Shown here one piece after another: positions 54,697-63,805 of a stretch of DNA of 64,000 bases (the first letter of the stretch is position 1; every line of letters begins with the position of its first letter). A model generated the notes under the pieces. It was not told the origin of the DNA. It searched no databases and saw only the letters and a program-made list of their open reading frames with translations. This DNA comes from Alphaproteobacteria bacterium (GTDB lineage: Bacteria; Pseudomonadota; Alphaproteobacteria; SP197): assembly GCA_964291415.2 (NCBI GenBank), contig OZ219918.1:544001-608000 (forward strand), in the 5' to 3' direction. Position numbers and translations under genes: made by a program.

Positions 54697-55926
54697 TCAG
54701 GTTCGCTGGACGACGGCACGGATTCTGGGTTCGGTCAGGACATAGGCCACCAGGAAGGCCATCAGAAGCGAGTTCATGACGAAGGGTCCCGGGGTCCAGA
54801 CCATGTAGAGCGGCATGGCGATCAGCGGGCTCAGCACGTGGCCGGCAGCGCCGGTGCCGATCAGGGTTCCCGCCGCCGTTCCCTGTTCCCGGGGCGAGAC
54901 AGCGAGAGACGCCGCCGTGGCGAACCCGGGGCGCAGCATGGCCATGCCGACACCGAAGAGAATCATGGCGACGACCATGAGCGGGTACGAGTTGGCAACG
55001 AGGATGACGACGAATCCCGACAGGGCCAACGGACCGCCGGTCTTCAGCAGGAAGCCCGGACCCAGATTCAGGCGTGGCACGATGACCATCTGGAAGACGA
55101 GTGCGGCGATGGCCGCCAGCGTCAGGCCGAAACCCACCTTGCGCGCCGCCTCTTCCGGATCGAAGAGCAGCGTGTCCATCATGTAGAAGGCGATGGTTTG
55201 CATCGACGCCGCATGACAGATGCTCATGATCACGCTGCCGATGACGAAGGGCAGGATGCGCCGGTCGAGGAGCGAGATGCGCGGCATCACCTTCCTTGAT
55301 GAAGCGGAAGAGGACTCCGGAAGGTAGAGGGCGATCACCACGAAGCTGCACGCGGCAATGACGGTGACAGCCACCAGCGGGGCCAGCAGGTGAAGACCAA
55401 CCAGGAGTGCTCCCAGACCGGGTCCCAGAACGACTCCGGTGGTAAAGGCCGCGTTGAGCATGGAGATGCCGCCGGTCCTCCTCGACCGGCTGGTCCTGTC
55501 GGCGATGTAGGCCTGTGCCGCCGGGAACGAGCCCGAGCCAAAGACGCCGTTGATGAGACGGGCAGCGATCATCAGCGGAAAGGCGACCATGACCGGCAAC
55601 CAGCCGGCGAGTCCCGACTGGATGGCGAGAATGAAGAGCAGCATGGAGACGGCGTAGGTGCCCACTCCCTGGGTGATGATGGGCTTGCGGCCGACGACAT
55701 CGCTTCGTCGTCCCCAGAACGGGCTCATGGCCGCCCACATGCCCCCGGAGATGGCGAACACCAGGCCGACATGCCACTCCGCGAGCTGCATGGTCCGGGC
55801 AATCGGCGGCAGGACGGAAAAGAGGAGGGACTGCCCGAGCCCGACGCAGACCAGGCTGGCGAAGAGGATGCGAAGGGCGATCCTGTCCTGACCCGGCTGA
55901 CTTCCCTCCGGGGACGGTGACGTCAA
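54697..55926 (-). CDS. MFS transporter (DHA1/TetA-like)
   Basis: WGRRSDVVGRK motif A, AQAYIADRT, about 12 hydrophobic segments; TTG 55926 inferred as start. Confidence 0.88.
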   Translation of the reverse strand: MTSPSPEGSQPGQDRIALRILFASLVCVGLGQSLLFSVLPPIARTMQLAEWHVGLVFAISGGMWAAMSPFWGRRSDVVGRKPIITQGVGTYAVSMLLFILAIQSGLAGWLPVMVAFPLMIAARLINGVFGSGSFPAAQAYIADRTSRSRRTGGISMLNAAFTTGVVLGPGLGALLVGLHLLAPLVAVTVIAACSFVVIALYLPESSSASSRKVMPRISLLDRRILPFVIGSVIMSICHAASMQTIAFYMMDTLLFDPEEAARKVGFGLTLAAIAALVFQMVIVPRLNLGPGFLLKTGGPLALSGFVVILVANSYPLMVVAMILFGVGMAMLRPGFATAASLAVSPREQGTAAGTLIGTGAAGHVLSPLIAMPLYMVWTPGPFVMNSLLMAFLVAYVLTEPRIRAVVQRT

Positions 55927-55942
55927 GATCTGTTCTCGGACC

Positions 55943-57355
55943 TTACAGCGGAGGACGCAGGTGCGCCCAGGGGCGGAGCTTCTCGATGGCAGCGCCGATC
56001 CTGAGGACGGTGAGATCCTCGAAACGTCGCCCGACAATCTGCAATGCGGTCGCCAGTCCGCCCGCGGACATGCCCGAGGGCACCGAGAGCGCCGGGCACT
56101 GGGACACGTTGTTGAAGACGAGAGTCATGTCGTTCGAGAGCATCTTGCCGTCCGGTGTCTCGCCCAGCTGGTCCGCGTCCGAGCCGGTCGCATGGGGCGC
56201 GACCGCCGGCGTTGTCGGGCAGATCAGCGCATCGTGATCGGCAAAGATGTCGCACAGGCGCTGCCATTGCCGGGTCCTGACGAACTCCAGGCGCTTGAAA
56301 CTGATGGCATCCATCCCCCGGGCCGCCTCGAACATGGCGACGATAGTCGGGTCGAGTTCGTCTCGTCTGGTGTCGAGATGCTGCTCGAAGAATGCGGCGA
56401 GGTAGACGTTCCAGTAGTCGAGCCAGGCATCGGCACACTCGCGCCGCCATCCCAGGTCCACTTCCTCGACGATGGCGCCGGCGCTCGCGAGCGCTTCTGC
56501 ACAACGCTCCACGTTGGCCGCCACCTCATCGTCGACGTGATAGAAGCCAAGATCGATATCCATGGCGATCCGCATGCCTTCGACATCGCCTGGCATGGGA
56601 TGGGGAATGTCCAGGGGCGCCGGGTTCGACATGATGTCGAATTCGTCAGGCCCCTGGCAGACGTCAAGAAAGAGGGCCGCATCATCCAGGGTCCGGGCCA
56701 GGGGACCGAAGTGGCTGATGTTGTCGAAGACCGACGCGAGGATGGTCATCGGGATCCGGCCCAGACTCGGCTTGAGGCCGACGATGCCGCAAAAGGCAGC
56801 CGGTATGCGCACCGATCCTCCCATGTCGGAACCCTCGGCCAGTGGCACGCAGCCCGATGCCACCGCCGCGCCCGAGCCACCGGACGAACCGCCCGGGGTA
56901 CGATCCGGATTCCAGGGGTTGCGGGTCACGCCCCACAGCGGGCTGTGGGTGAAGCCGTCGTGGGCGAACTCGGGCGTGGTGGTCTTCCCCACCATGATGG
57001 CGCCGGCGCCAAGAAGATCGCTCACCACCCGGGCATCCCGGTCGGGGACATTGTCGCGGTAGACCCTGCTTCCCAGCGTCGTGGTCTTTCCCGCGGTGGG
57101 CGTGAAATCCTTGATGGCGATCGGCACCCCGTGAAGCGGACCGAGAGATGCGCCCTCCATGACGGCGCGTTCAGCGGCCTTCGCTTTCTCGAGGGCCTCC
57201 TCGGGGTAGGTGAAACAGAAACAGTTGAGTTGCGGATTGATCTCCTCGATGCGCTCGAGGCTGTTGGCGACAACCTCGACCGGCGAGATCTCCCGCGAGG
57301 CGATCTGCCGGGCAAGCGTGACGGCAGGGGTGTAGCAAAGGTCGAGGTTCGCCAT
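55943..57355 (-). CDS. Amidase signature family enzyme
   Basis: GPLHGVPIAIKD, GKTTTPEF, PGGSSGGSGAAVA, GSDMGGSVRIPA. Confidence 0.93.
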   Translation of the reverse strand: MANLDLCYTPAVTLARQIASREISPVEVVANSLERIEEINPQLNCFCFTYPEEALEKAKAAERAVMEGASLGPLHGVPIAIKDFTPTAGKTTTLGSRVYRDNVPDRDARVVSDLLGAGAIMVGKTTTPEFAHDGFTHSPLWGVTRNPWNPDRTPGGSSGGSGAAVASGCVPLAEGSDMGGSVRIPAAFCGIVGLKPSLGRIPMTILASVFDNISHFGPLARTLDDAALFLDVCQGPDEFDIMSNPAPLDIPHPMPGDVEGMRIAMDIDLGFYHVDDEVAANVERCAEALASAGAIVEEVDLGWRRECADAWLDYWNVYLAAFFEQHLDTRRDELDPTIVAMFEAARGMDAISFKRLEFVRTRQWQRLCDIFADHDALICPTTPAVAPHATGSDADQLGETPDGKMLSNDMTLVFNNVSQCPALSVPSGMSAGGLATALQIVGRRFEDLTVLRIGAAIEKLRPWAHLRPPL

Positions 57356-57521
57356 GGTCATGACTCCGGTCCTGAATGACGCGGGTGCACGACCGGCACG
57401 GGTCACGGTACCGCGCGAGAAGGGGATGGCCTGCAACAAGTCTACACGTGTGACGGCTCCGAATGCCATGGCGTCGCCGGGGCAATCGGTCTAGACAGCC
57501 CCCGATGACGGCAGCAGATCC

Positions 57522-58664
57522 ATGGAATCGGGCACGCTAGACCACTATCACCGCCTCGTTGCCTCCGGCGATCTTGTGCACGACGTGCACCAGGAAAGGG
57601 CGGCACGGCATCTCGAGCAACTCGCGCGGAATCTTGCCCGGACGGGGCGGCGAAGCGTGTTCGACCGCGTTCTCGGACGGCGCCATCCCTCGACCAGAGG
57701 CGTATGGCTCCACGGGGGTGTCGGCACGGGCAAGTCCATGCTCATGGACCTCTTCTTCGAATCCGTCCGGAACCGGAAGAAAGAGCGCCATCATTTTCAT
57801 GCCTTCATGCGCGAGGTGCACGGCACCATCCAGGAGCGGCATCGGTCGTCCGGTGATGCCCATGACACCATTCGCTTTGCTGCCAGGACCCTGGTGGGTG
57901 AGGTGGATCTCCTGTGTCTGGACGAGTTTCACGTCACGGACATCGCTGATGCCATGATCCTCGGCCGGCTGTTCCGGCAGTTTCTCGATCTGGGCACGGT
58001 CATGGTGGCGACGTCGAACGAGCATCCCCGTGATCTCTACCGCGGGGGTATCAACCGCCAGCTCTTCAGCCCCTTCATCGACACGCTCGAAAAGAACCTC
58101 GACATCATCGAGGTCGATGCGGAGCGGGACTACCGACTGGCGTTCCTTGCCAGCACCGGCACCTACATGTCCTCGCACGACGGCGATGCGACGGCGCGTC
58201 TCGATGAAGCCTTTCGCCATCTCGCCGGTGACGCCGATATCGTTCCGCTCGACATTCCCCTTCAGGGACGGGTGCTTCACGTCCCTCGCCAGGCCCGCCA
58301 TGTCGCACGCTTTACCTTCAATGAACTCTGCGGCCGTCCGTTGGCCGCACCTGACTACCTGGCGCTCGCCGGCGCCTTCCATACCGTCATCATCGATGAC
58401 ATTCCGGCCATGACCCCGGCGATGCGCAACGAGGCGCGGCGGTTCATCATCCTGATCGACATCCTCTATGAGGAAAGGGTGGGGTTGTTGTGTTCCGCTG
58501 CCGCACCGCCCGAAGGGCTCTATGCGGGAGGTGACGGCTCCCGGGCGTTCCGCAGAACCGCGTCACGGTTGATGGAGATGCAATCGGCCGAGTATCTCGA
58601 GAGCCGGCGCAGGGTCAGCCAAGCGGCACATCAAGGAACGCCACGAAGGACACCAGGCCAATGA
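57522..58664 (+). CDS. zapE: Cell division ATPase ZapE (AFG1 family)
   Basis: HGGVGTGKSMLMDLFF, HFHAFM, LDEFHVTDIADAMIL, TSN, DYR, ARRFI.LID, RTASRLMEM. Confidence 0.93.
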   Translation: MESGTLDHYHRLVASGDLVHDVHQERAARHLEQLARNLARTGRRSVFDRVLGRRHPSTRGVWLHGGVGTGKSMLMDLFFESVRNRKKERHHFHAFMREVHGTIQERHRSSGDAHDTIRFAARTLVGEVDLLCLDEFHVTDIADAMILGRLFRQFLDLGTVMVATSNEHPRDLYRGGINRQLFSPFIDTLEKNLDIIEVDAERDYRLAFLASTGTYMSSHDGDATARLDEAFRHLAGDADIVPLDIPLQGRVLHVPRQARHVARFTFNELCGRPLAAPDYLALAGAFHTVIIDDIPAMTPAMRNEARRFIILIDILYEERVGLLCSAAAPPEGLYAGGDGSRAFRRTASRLMEMQSAEYLESRRRVSQAAHQGTPRRTPGQ

Positions 58665-59703
58665 GCGTGACGATGATGGCGCCACCAAAGTTGAATCCAT
58701 GGCGCACCAGCAGCGCTCCGGACGATCCGGAGCCTTCGCTTTCCACGAGACGCAGGGCCGTCTGACGGGCGATGATCGCACCCACTCCCAGTGAGCAGAT
58801 GGTGAGGCCTATGCCAAGCGACATGGCCGCCACGAGGATAAAACCCGGATAGATCATGTCGTTGGCAACCGCATAGAGCATGATGAGCACGGCGCCCGGA
58901 CACGGCACCATGCCGGCCGCAATCGCCATCAATCCGCTTTCCGCCTTCGACGCTTCGCTGGCATGGCCATGGCTGTGTGCATGAGCGTGCCCGTGTCCGT
59001 GATTCCCGCTGTGCCCCTGCGCGTGATCATGAGCATGGCCGTGCCCGTGTCCGTGACCATGGCTGTGTCCGCGTTCTTCGGGGTGCGCGTGTCCATGACC
59101 GTGGGCATGCCCTTCCTGAGCGTGACTGTGACCGTGACCGACCTCGGACGGATTGATGTAGCCCAGGGCGGCCCGGAAGGCCTGGTAGAGCATGTAGAGA
59201 CCGATGGCGGCGATGATGAGAAAACTCGCGGCCCTGACGCCGGGAACCTCCGCCAGGCCGACCCCGAATCCGGCTCGCAGGGTGATGTCCGCAAGCCAGA
59301 CAATGACAATTGCGGCGATGACATGAACGATGGCCACCTGGATCGCCATCACGACACCGCGGCCGATCCGGGCGTCACGGCCGAGGAAGTAGGAGACGAT
59401 GATGAACTTGCCGTGTCCCGGGCCGAATGCGTGAAGCACCCCGTAGACGAAGGCAATGGCAAGTCCGAGAAAGAAGGCGCCCAGGCTCTTGCCGCTGTCA
59501 ATGGCGTTCATGTGCCGGGCCACTTCCGCGTTGGCCCGACGCTGAAAGGTGACGATGGCATCCGTCCAGCGTTCCCACAGACCGCCGTCATCCGTCGTCA
59601 TCTCGACGGCGGGAAGCGTCGTCTCTTCCGCATTCACCGCAACCGTGGTGGCGCAGACAACGATCGTCAGAATGCAAAGGACACGTGCCAGGCGTTCTGT
59701 CAT
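58615..59703 (-). CDS. RcnA/NicO-family nickel/cobalt transporter with His-rich loop
   Basis: YGVLHAFGPGHGK, His-rich tract, GMVPCPGA. Confidence 0.9.
   Translation of the reverse strand: MTERLARVLCILTIVVCATTVAVNAEETTLPAVEMTTDDGGLWERWTDAIVTFQRRANAEVARHMNAIDSGKSLGAFFLGLAIAFVYGVLHAFGPGHGKFIIVSYFLGRDARIGRGVVMAIQVAIVHVIAAIVIVWLADITLRAGFGVGLAEVPGVRAASFLIIAAIGLYMLYQAFRAALGYINPSEVGHGHSHAQEGHAHGHGHAHPEERGHSHGHGHGHGHAHDHAQGHSGNHGHGHAHAHSHGHASEASKAESGLMAIAAGMVPCPGAVLIMLYAVANDMIYPGFILVAAMSLGIGLTICSLGVGAIIARQTALRLVESEGSGSSGALLVRHGFNFGGAIIVTLIGLVSFVAFLDVPLG
58963..59139 (-). repeat. (HG/HA)n low-complexity His tract inside the transporter
   Basis: 59 codons GHGHSHAQEG...HAHAHSHGH containing 24 His. Confidence 0.85.
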
Positions 59704-60269
59704 GACGGATCTCCGCAATGAAGCGTGATGGTTGACGAGTGACTCCCGAATGCGCCCTCTCCAGCCCCTGCCACAAATCGGCATGCCGGATCGACGGGTC
59801 CCTCCACCGTGAGAAAATCGTTCTCGGCAAACGAAAAGTCGAAGAACAGAGAATCGTCGAGAAGCCCGGCGGAGAAGGGCGCCTGGGGATCGTCGAGGAC
59901 GATGGCGAGCCTCAGGCCGAAGTGATCCGGGTCGAACACTGTTTCGACGTGCTGAAGGTGCCAGGAGACCGGTTCGCCGTCGCCGAGAATGGTGAGGTAC
60001 CAGTCCTGTTCTGCCAAGGGGGCGAACAGTCCCTCTTCCTTCGCCTGCGCTTCCTGGCTCGAGACGGTTCCGTCACCATCGGTATCGAAGGTGGTGAAGA
60101 GATAGCTGGAGGCGAAGGGGTCGAATGTCCATTCGAGGGTGAGTCCGGCGACGGAGTGGTCCGCCATCCGGATGTGCCAGTTCGTCGTGACCCAGACATC
60201 CGGGTTGGCCAGAACCGGCGGGCTGGTGACAAGGGCCAGAATGGCCGGCATGAGGAACTTGCGAAGCAT
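59700..60269 (-). CDS. DUF1007-family periplasmic protein
   Basis: Signal peptide, ANPDVWV (family pattern AHPHVWV), WTFDPFAS, EF-hand-like DTDGDGTVS, terminal Cys pair; coupled to the RcnA-type gene. Confidence 0.75.
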   Translation of the reverse strand: MLRKFLMPAILALVTSPPVLANPDVWVTTNWHIRMADHSVAGLTLEWTFDPFASSYLFTTFDTDGDGTVSSQEAQAKEEGLFAPLAEQDWYLTILGDGEPVSWHLQHVETVFDPDHFGLRLAIVLDDPQAPFSAGLLDDSLFFDFSFAENDFLTVEGPVDPACRFVAGAGEGAFGSHSSTITLHCGDPS

Positions 60270-60305
60270 GGCGCCGCATCCTTGATCCCCTCGCGCACCC
60301 TGAGT

Positions 60306-60338
60306 ATGACATGTCAGTTGACATTTCAAGGATGTCAT
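60306..60338. promoter_or_regulatory. Multi-palindrome operator (four TGACAT/ATGTCA half-sites) between divergent genes
   Basis: TGACATGTCA 60307-60316 and TGACAT-N7-ATGTCA 60319-60337. Confidence 0.6.
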
Positions 60339-61140
60339 GCTGCGCGACATCATCGAGATCTTCCGTTCGCCGGCGCCTGTGCACCTGGGGCCCATGGGCT
60401 ACTTCAGGGAACTTGCCGGCATTGCCCGGCGCGCGGAGGAGTGCCGGGAGGCATGGCGACCCCACCTGGCACGGACCCGGCAGGTGATCGAGCATGCCGC
60501 GCTTGGCTGCAGCCAGCGCGATTCGGTTCTCGTGACCGGCTCCGGACTCCTGCTCGATGTCCCGGTGGAAATGCTGGCCAGCACATTCCGGCGCGTGGTT
60601 CTGGTGGATATCCATCATGGGCGGGCGACCCGCCGGGCCGTGCGCCGCTTTTCAAATGTCGAACTCGTGGCCCTCGACGTCACCGGTGTGGTCAGGGCCT
60701 GCTACCGGTTTTCCCGAACCGGGTGCCTCGGGTCCTTGCCGGAAGGCCGTCCCCCGGCGATCGGCGATGCGCCCTTCGACCTTGCTGTTTCCGTCAATCT
60801 CGCATCCCAGCTTGCGGTCATGCCGCGCCGGTACGTTCTCGGACACTGTCCGACCTTTCCTCCCGATCGCCTGCGCGCGTTCGCCCGGGAGCTGATCTCG
60901 AGTCACATCGACTGGCTCGCCCGGCATGGCGACCGGGTGTGCCTCATCACCGACACCGAACGCCACGAGGACCACTCGGACGGCCGCAAGGTGGTGGTGG
61001 ACCTCCTGGATGGTATCAATCTGGGCGAGCCGGAAGAGAGCTGGACATGGTTCATCGCCCCTGAAGGCAAGGTCTTCAGTGATCGTGCGGTACGCCACCG
61101 CGTGGCGGCATGGCGTGACTACCCATCAGCGTCTCGATGA
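60337..61140 (+). CDS. Hypothetical protein, possible Rossmann/methyltransferase-like fold
   Basis: W.PHL, VLVTGSGLLLDVP, VVLVDI.H, DVTG, SVNLASQL. Confidence 0.7.
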   Translation: MLRDIIEIFRSPAPVHLGPMGYFRELAGIARRAEECREAWRPHLARTRQVIEHAALGCSQRDSVLVTGSGLLLDVPVEMLASTFRRVVLVDIHHGRATRRAVRRFSNVELVALDVTGVVRACYRFSRTGCLGSLPEGRPPAIGDAPFDLAVSVNLASQLAVMPRRYVLGHCPTFPPDRLRAFARELISSHIDWLARHGDRVCLITDTERHEDHSDGRKVVVDLLDGINLGEPEESWTWFIAPEGKVFSDRAVRHRVAAWRDYPSASR

Positions 61141-61783
61141 TCTTCTTCTGGCTGCCCCGAATGGCGCGCTCGGCCGCCGCCGCAGCCCGTTCGCCGTCGC
61201 CATCGAGAAGGGCGGCAAGCAGGTCGTCGTGACGATGGTGGAATTCGATGTCCCTGTCCTCGAGGGTGAGGCAGAAGTGGACGATGCGCTCGTGATGCTC
61301 GACGAGGGACATGACGAACTCCGCCAGGCGTCCGTTCCTTGACGACTGGACGACGTGTTCGTGGAAGGCGTAGTTGGCCTCTCGATAGGCTGTCCTGGTC
61401 CCGCCTCCCCTGGCGGGAAGGCAGGCGCGCACCTCGGCGTCGAGCCGGGTGAGCAGCGGTGCGTCGACATGTCCGGCGGCAAGGCGCGTGGCCTCGACCT
61501 CGAGCAGCAGCCGCAGCTGGAACACCTCGTGGACATCCTGGATGGAGATCGGCGCCACGATGTTGCCGAGGCGCTTGCGCGTGATGACCAGCTTTTCCTG
61601 GCGCAGCCGGGCCAGGGCACTGCGCAGTGGGGCCTTGGAGAACCCGTAGCGCTCCACCAGCATCGACTCCGGGATCTCGGCGCCTGGAGCGAGGCGGACG
61701 AGCAGAATCTCGTTCTTGAGGATCCGGTAGACCCGGCTGGAAAGATCTTCGCGTGGATCGGTCGAACCCTGCATGTCATCCAT
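61076..61783 (-). CDS. GntR (FCD) transcriptional regulator
   Basis: VY..LK.EI....LAPG.EI.E..L...YGFSKAPLRSALARL HTH; N.AFH and H..LL.AL..GD FCD pattern. Confidence 0.9.
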   Translation of the reverse strand: MDDMQGSTDPREDLSSRVYRILKNEILLVRLAPGAEIPESMLVERYGFSKAPLRSALARLRQEKLVITRKRLGNIVAPISIQDVHEVFQLRLLLEVEATRLAAGHVDAPLLTRLDAEVRACLPARGGGTRTAYREANYAFHEHVVQSSRNGRLAEFVMSLVEHHERIVHFCLTLEDRDIEFHHRHDDLLAALLDGDGERAAAAAERAIRGSQKKIIETLMGSHAMPPRGGVPHDH

Positions 61784-61845
61784 CCGCAATCGCGTGTCGA
61801 GCGTCAGGGTGCCACATCACCCATGTGTCGCGACAGGTCATGCGG

Positions 61846-62823
61846 TCACTGGTCGCTTCTCCGCCAGTGGTGACAGGAGACCTCGTGGTGCTCCGCGATC
61901 CTTTCGAGGGCAGGAACGTGGCGTCTGCACGTCTCGTCGGCCAGGGGGCATCGCGGATGGAAATGGCATCCGGGCGGTGGGTGAACGGGGCTAGGAGGCT
62001 CCCCCTGGACAAGGCGGCTGGCGGCGTCGAGGCCGATTTCATCGAGCAGTGACGCCGCGTTGAGGGCTTGAGTGTAGGGATGGCGCGGAGCCTGGAAGAT
62101 CTGCTCGACGGGAGCCATCTCGACGATGCGGCCGAGATACATGACCGCCACGCGATCGCAGATGTGGCGCAGGGCCCGGAGATCGTGGGAGATCATCAGC
62201 AGGGAAAGGTCGAACCGCCGGCGCAGATCGTTGAGGAGATTGAGAATCTGGGCGCGAATTGACGCGTCCAGCGATGACGTGGGTTCGTCGCAGACGACGA
62301 ACTTCGGACGCAGGAGGAGGGCCCTGGCGATGACGATCCGCTGCAACTGCCCTCCAGAGCACTGCCCGGGATAGCGCTGGACGATTCCCGGATCAATTCC
62401 AACTTCGCCCAGCATCGCGTGGATCATCTCCAGACACTCGTCCCGGGTTCCGGCGTTGTGCGCGGCAAGCGGGGCCATGAGGGAGTCGATCAGCTTCATC
62501 CTGGGATCGAGCGCCGCCACGGGGTTCTGGAAAATGAGCTGGACGGTCCGGCGGAACCGCCTCAGGTCTCCCGGCCTCATCGCCAGGAGATCGCGGCCGT
62601 CCATGATCACCTCGCCGCGGTCCGGCCGGATCTGGTTGATGAGCAGGCGGGCGAGCGTGGACTTGCCGCATCCCGATTCACCGACCAGACCCAGCACCTC
62701 CGCGCGCCCGATCGTGAGGTTGACGCCGTCCACGGATCGCACGGCTGGCCGGCCGGACCCGCGCAGGGGAAAGTGTTTCACGAGGCCGCGGGCCTCGACG
62801 AGGGGACCTGCGGCGCCGTTCAT
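61846..62823 (-). CDS. Dpp/Opp ABC ATP-binding protein (OppF-like)
   Basis: GESGCGKST, SGGQLQR, CDEPTS, HPYTQAL, GCHFHPRCP. Confidence 0.92.
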   Translation of the reverse strand: MNGAAGPLVEARGLVKHFPLRGSGRPAVRSVDGVNLTIGRAEVLGLVGESGCGKSTLARLLINQIRPDRGEVIMDGRDLLAMRPGDLRRFRRTVQLIFQNPVAALDPRMKLIDSLMAPLAAHNAGTRDECLEMIHAMLGEVGIDPGIVQRYPGQCSGGQLQRIVIARALLLRPKFVVCDEPTSSLDASIRAQILNLLNDLRRRFDLSLLMISHDLRALRHICDRVAVMYLGRIVEMAPVEQIFQAPRHPYTQALNAASLLDEIGLDAASRLVQGEPPSPVHPPPGCHFHPRCPLADETCRRHVPALERIAEHHEVSCHHWRRSDQ

Positions 62824-63805
62824 GTCTGCGCCGCCCAGCAGTGGACCAGGTGTCCGTCGGCTGTCCGTGTCGCCACCGGCTCGCGGCTGGCGCAGACACT
62901 CCCCTTGCGGTGAGCGAGGGCGTGGGGACAGCGCGGGTGGAAGCGGCATCCGGAAATCGAGCGGGTGGGCGGCGGAATGGCGCCGGGGATCGACTCGAGA
63001 TCACCGCTTGTGGCCCTGCGCATCAGCGAACAGTCGATCAGGGCCTTCGTATAGGGGTGCTGCGGCGTGCGCATGATCGTCGCGACAGGGCCTTCCTCGA
63101 CGATGCCGCCGGCGTACATCACGACGACCCGGTCTGCCATGGCCGAGACGATGGAGAGGTCGTGGGTGATGAGGAGAATGGAGAGGGTCCTTTGTTTCTT
63201 TTCCCTCTCCAGAAGTCCGAGGATCTGTGCCTGGACCGTGACGTCGAGCGCCGTCGTGGGTTCATCGGCGATCAGGAGATCCGGATCGCCGGAAAGGGCC
63301 GCGGCAATCATGACCCGCTGCGCCATGCCGCCTGACAGCTGGTGGGCATAGGATCGGGCGCGCTGTCCGGCCTCCGGAATACCGACCTCGCGCAGGAGTT
63401 CGACGGCGCGTTCGAAGGCCTCGCCACGCGATGCCCCCTTGTGCAGGCGCAGGGCTTCTGCGACCTGCAGGCCGACCCTGCAGCTGGGATCGAGCATGCT
63501 CGAGGGTTGCTGGAAGATCATGCCGACGCGATTGCCCCTGACGTGATTGAGAACGTCAGGGGCGGCGTGGGTGATTTCCTGGCCGCAGATCGAGACCGCG
63601 CCGCGTGTCACCTTGAGCGGTGGCGGCAGGAGATCGATGAGGGAGAGGGCCGTCACGGTCTTTCCGGACCCCGATTCTCCGACGAGAGCGACCGTCTCGC
63701 CGCGTCGGACCTCGAGGTTGATTCCCCGGGCAACGGCCATCGCGTCGCCGATCGATACTTCGAGATTCTCGACCTTCAGGCAGGGCGCCTCGTCCGGGTG
63801 ATCAT
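62820..63805 (-). CDS. Dpp/Opp ABC ATP-binding protein (OppD-like); start disrupted or non-canonical
   Basis: [33 protein letters not shown]; frame continues upstream of ATG 63740 as [12 protein letters not shown]. Confidence 0.88.

Noticed and set aside
58963-59139. Repetitive DNA as a possible CRISPR or tandem array
   Set aside because: It is the coding His-Gly tract of the transporter; no constant repeat with unique spacers
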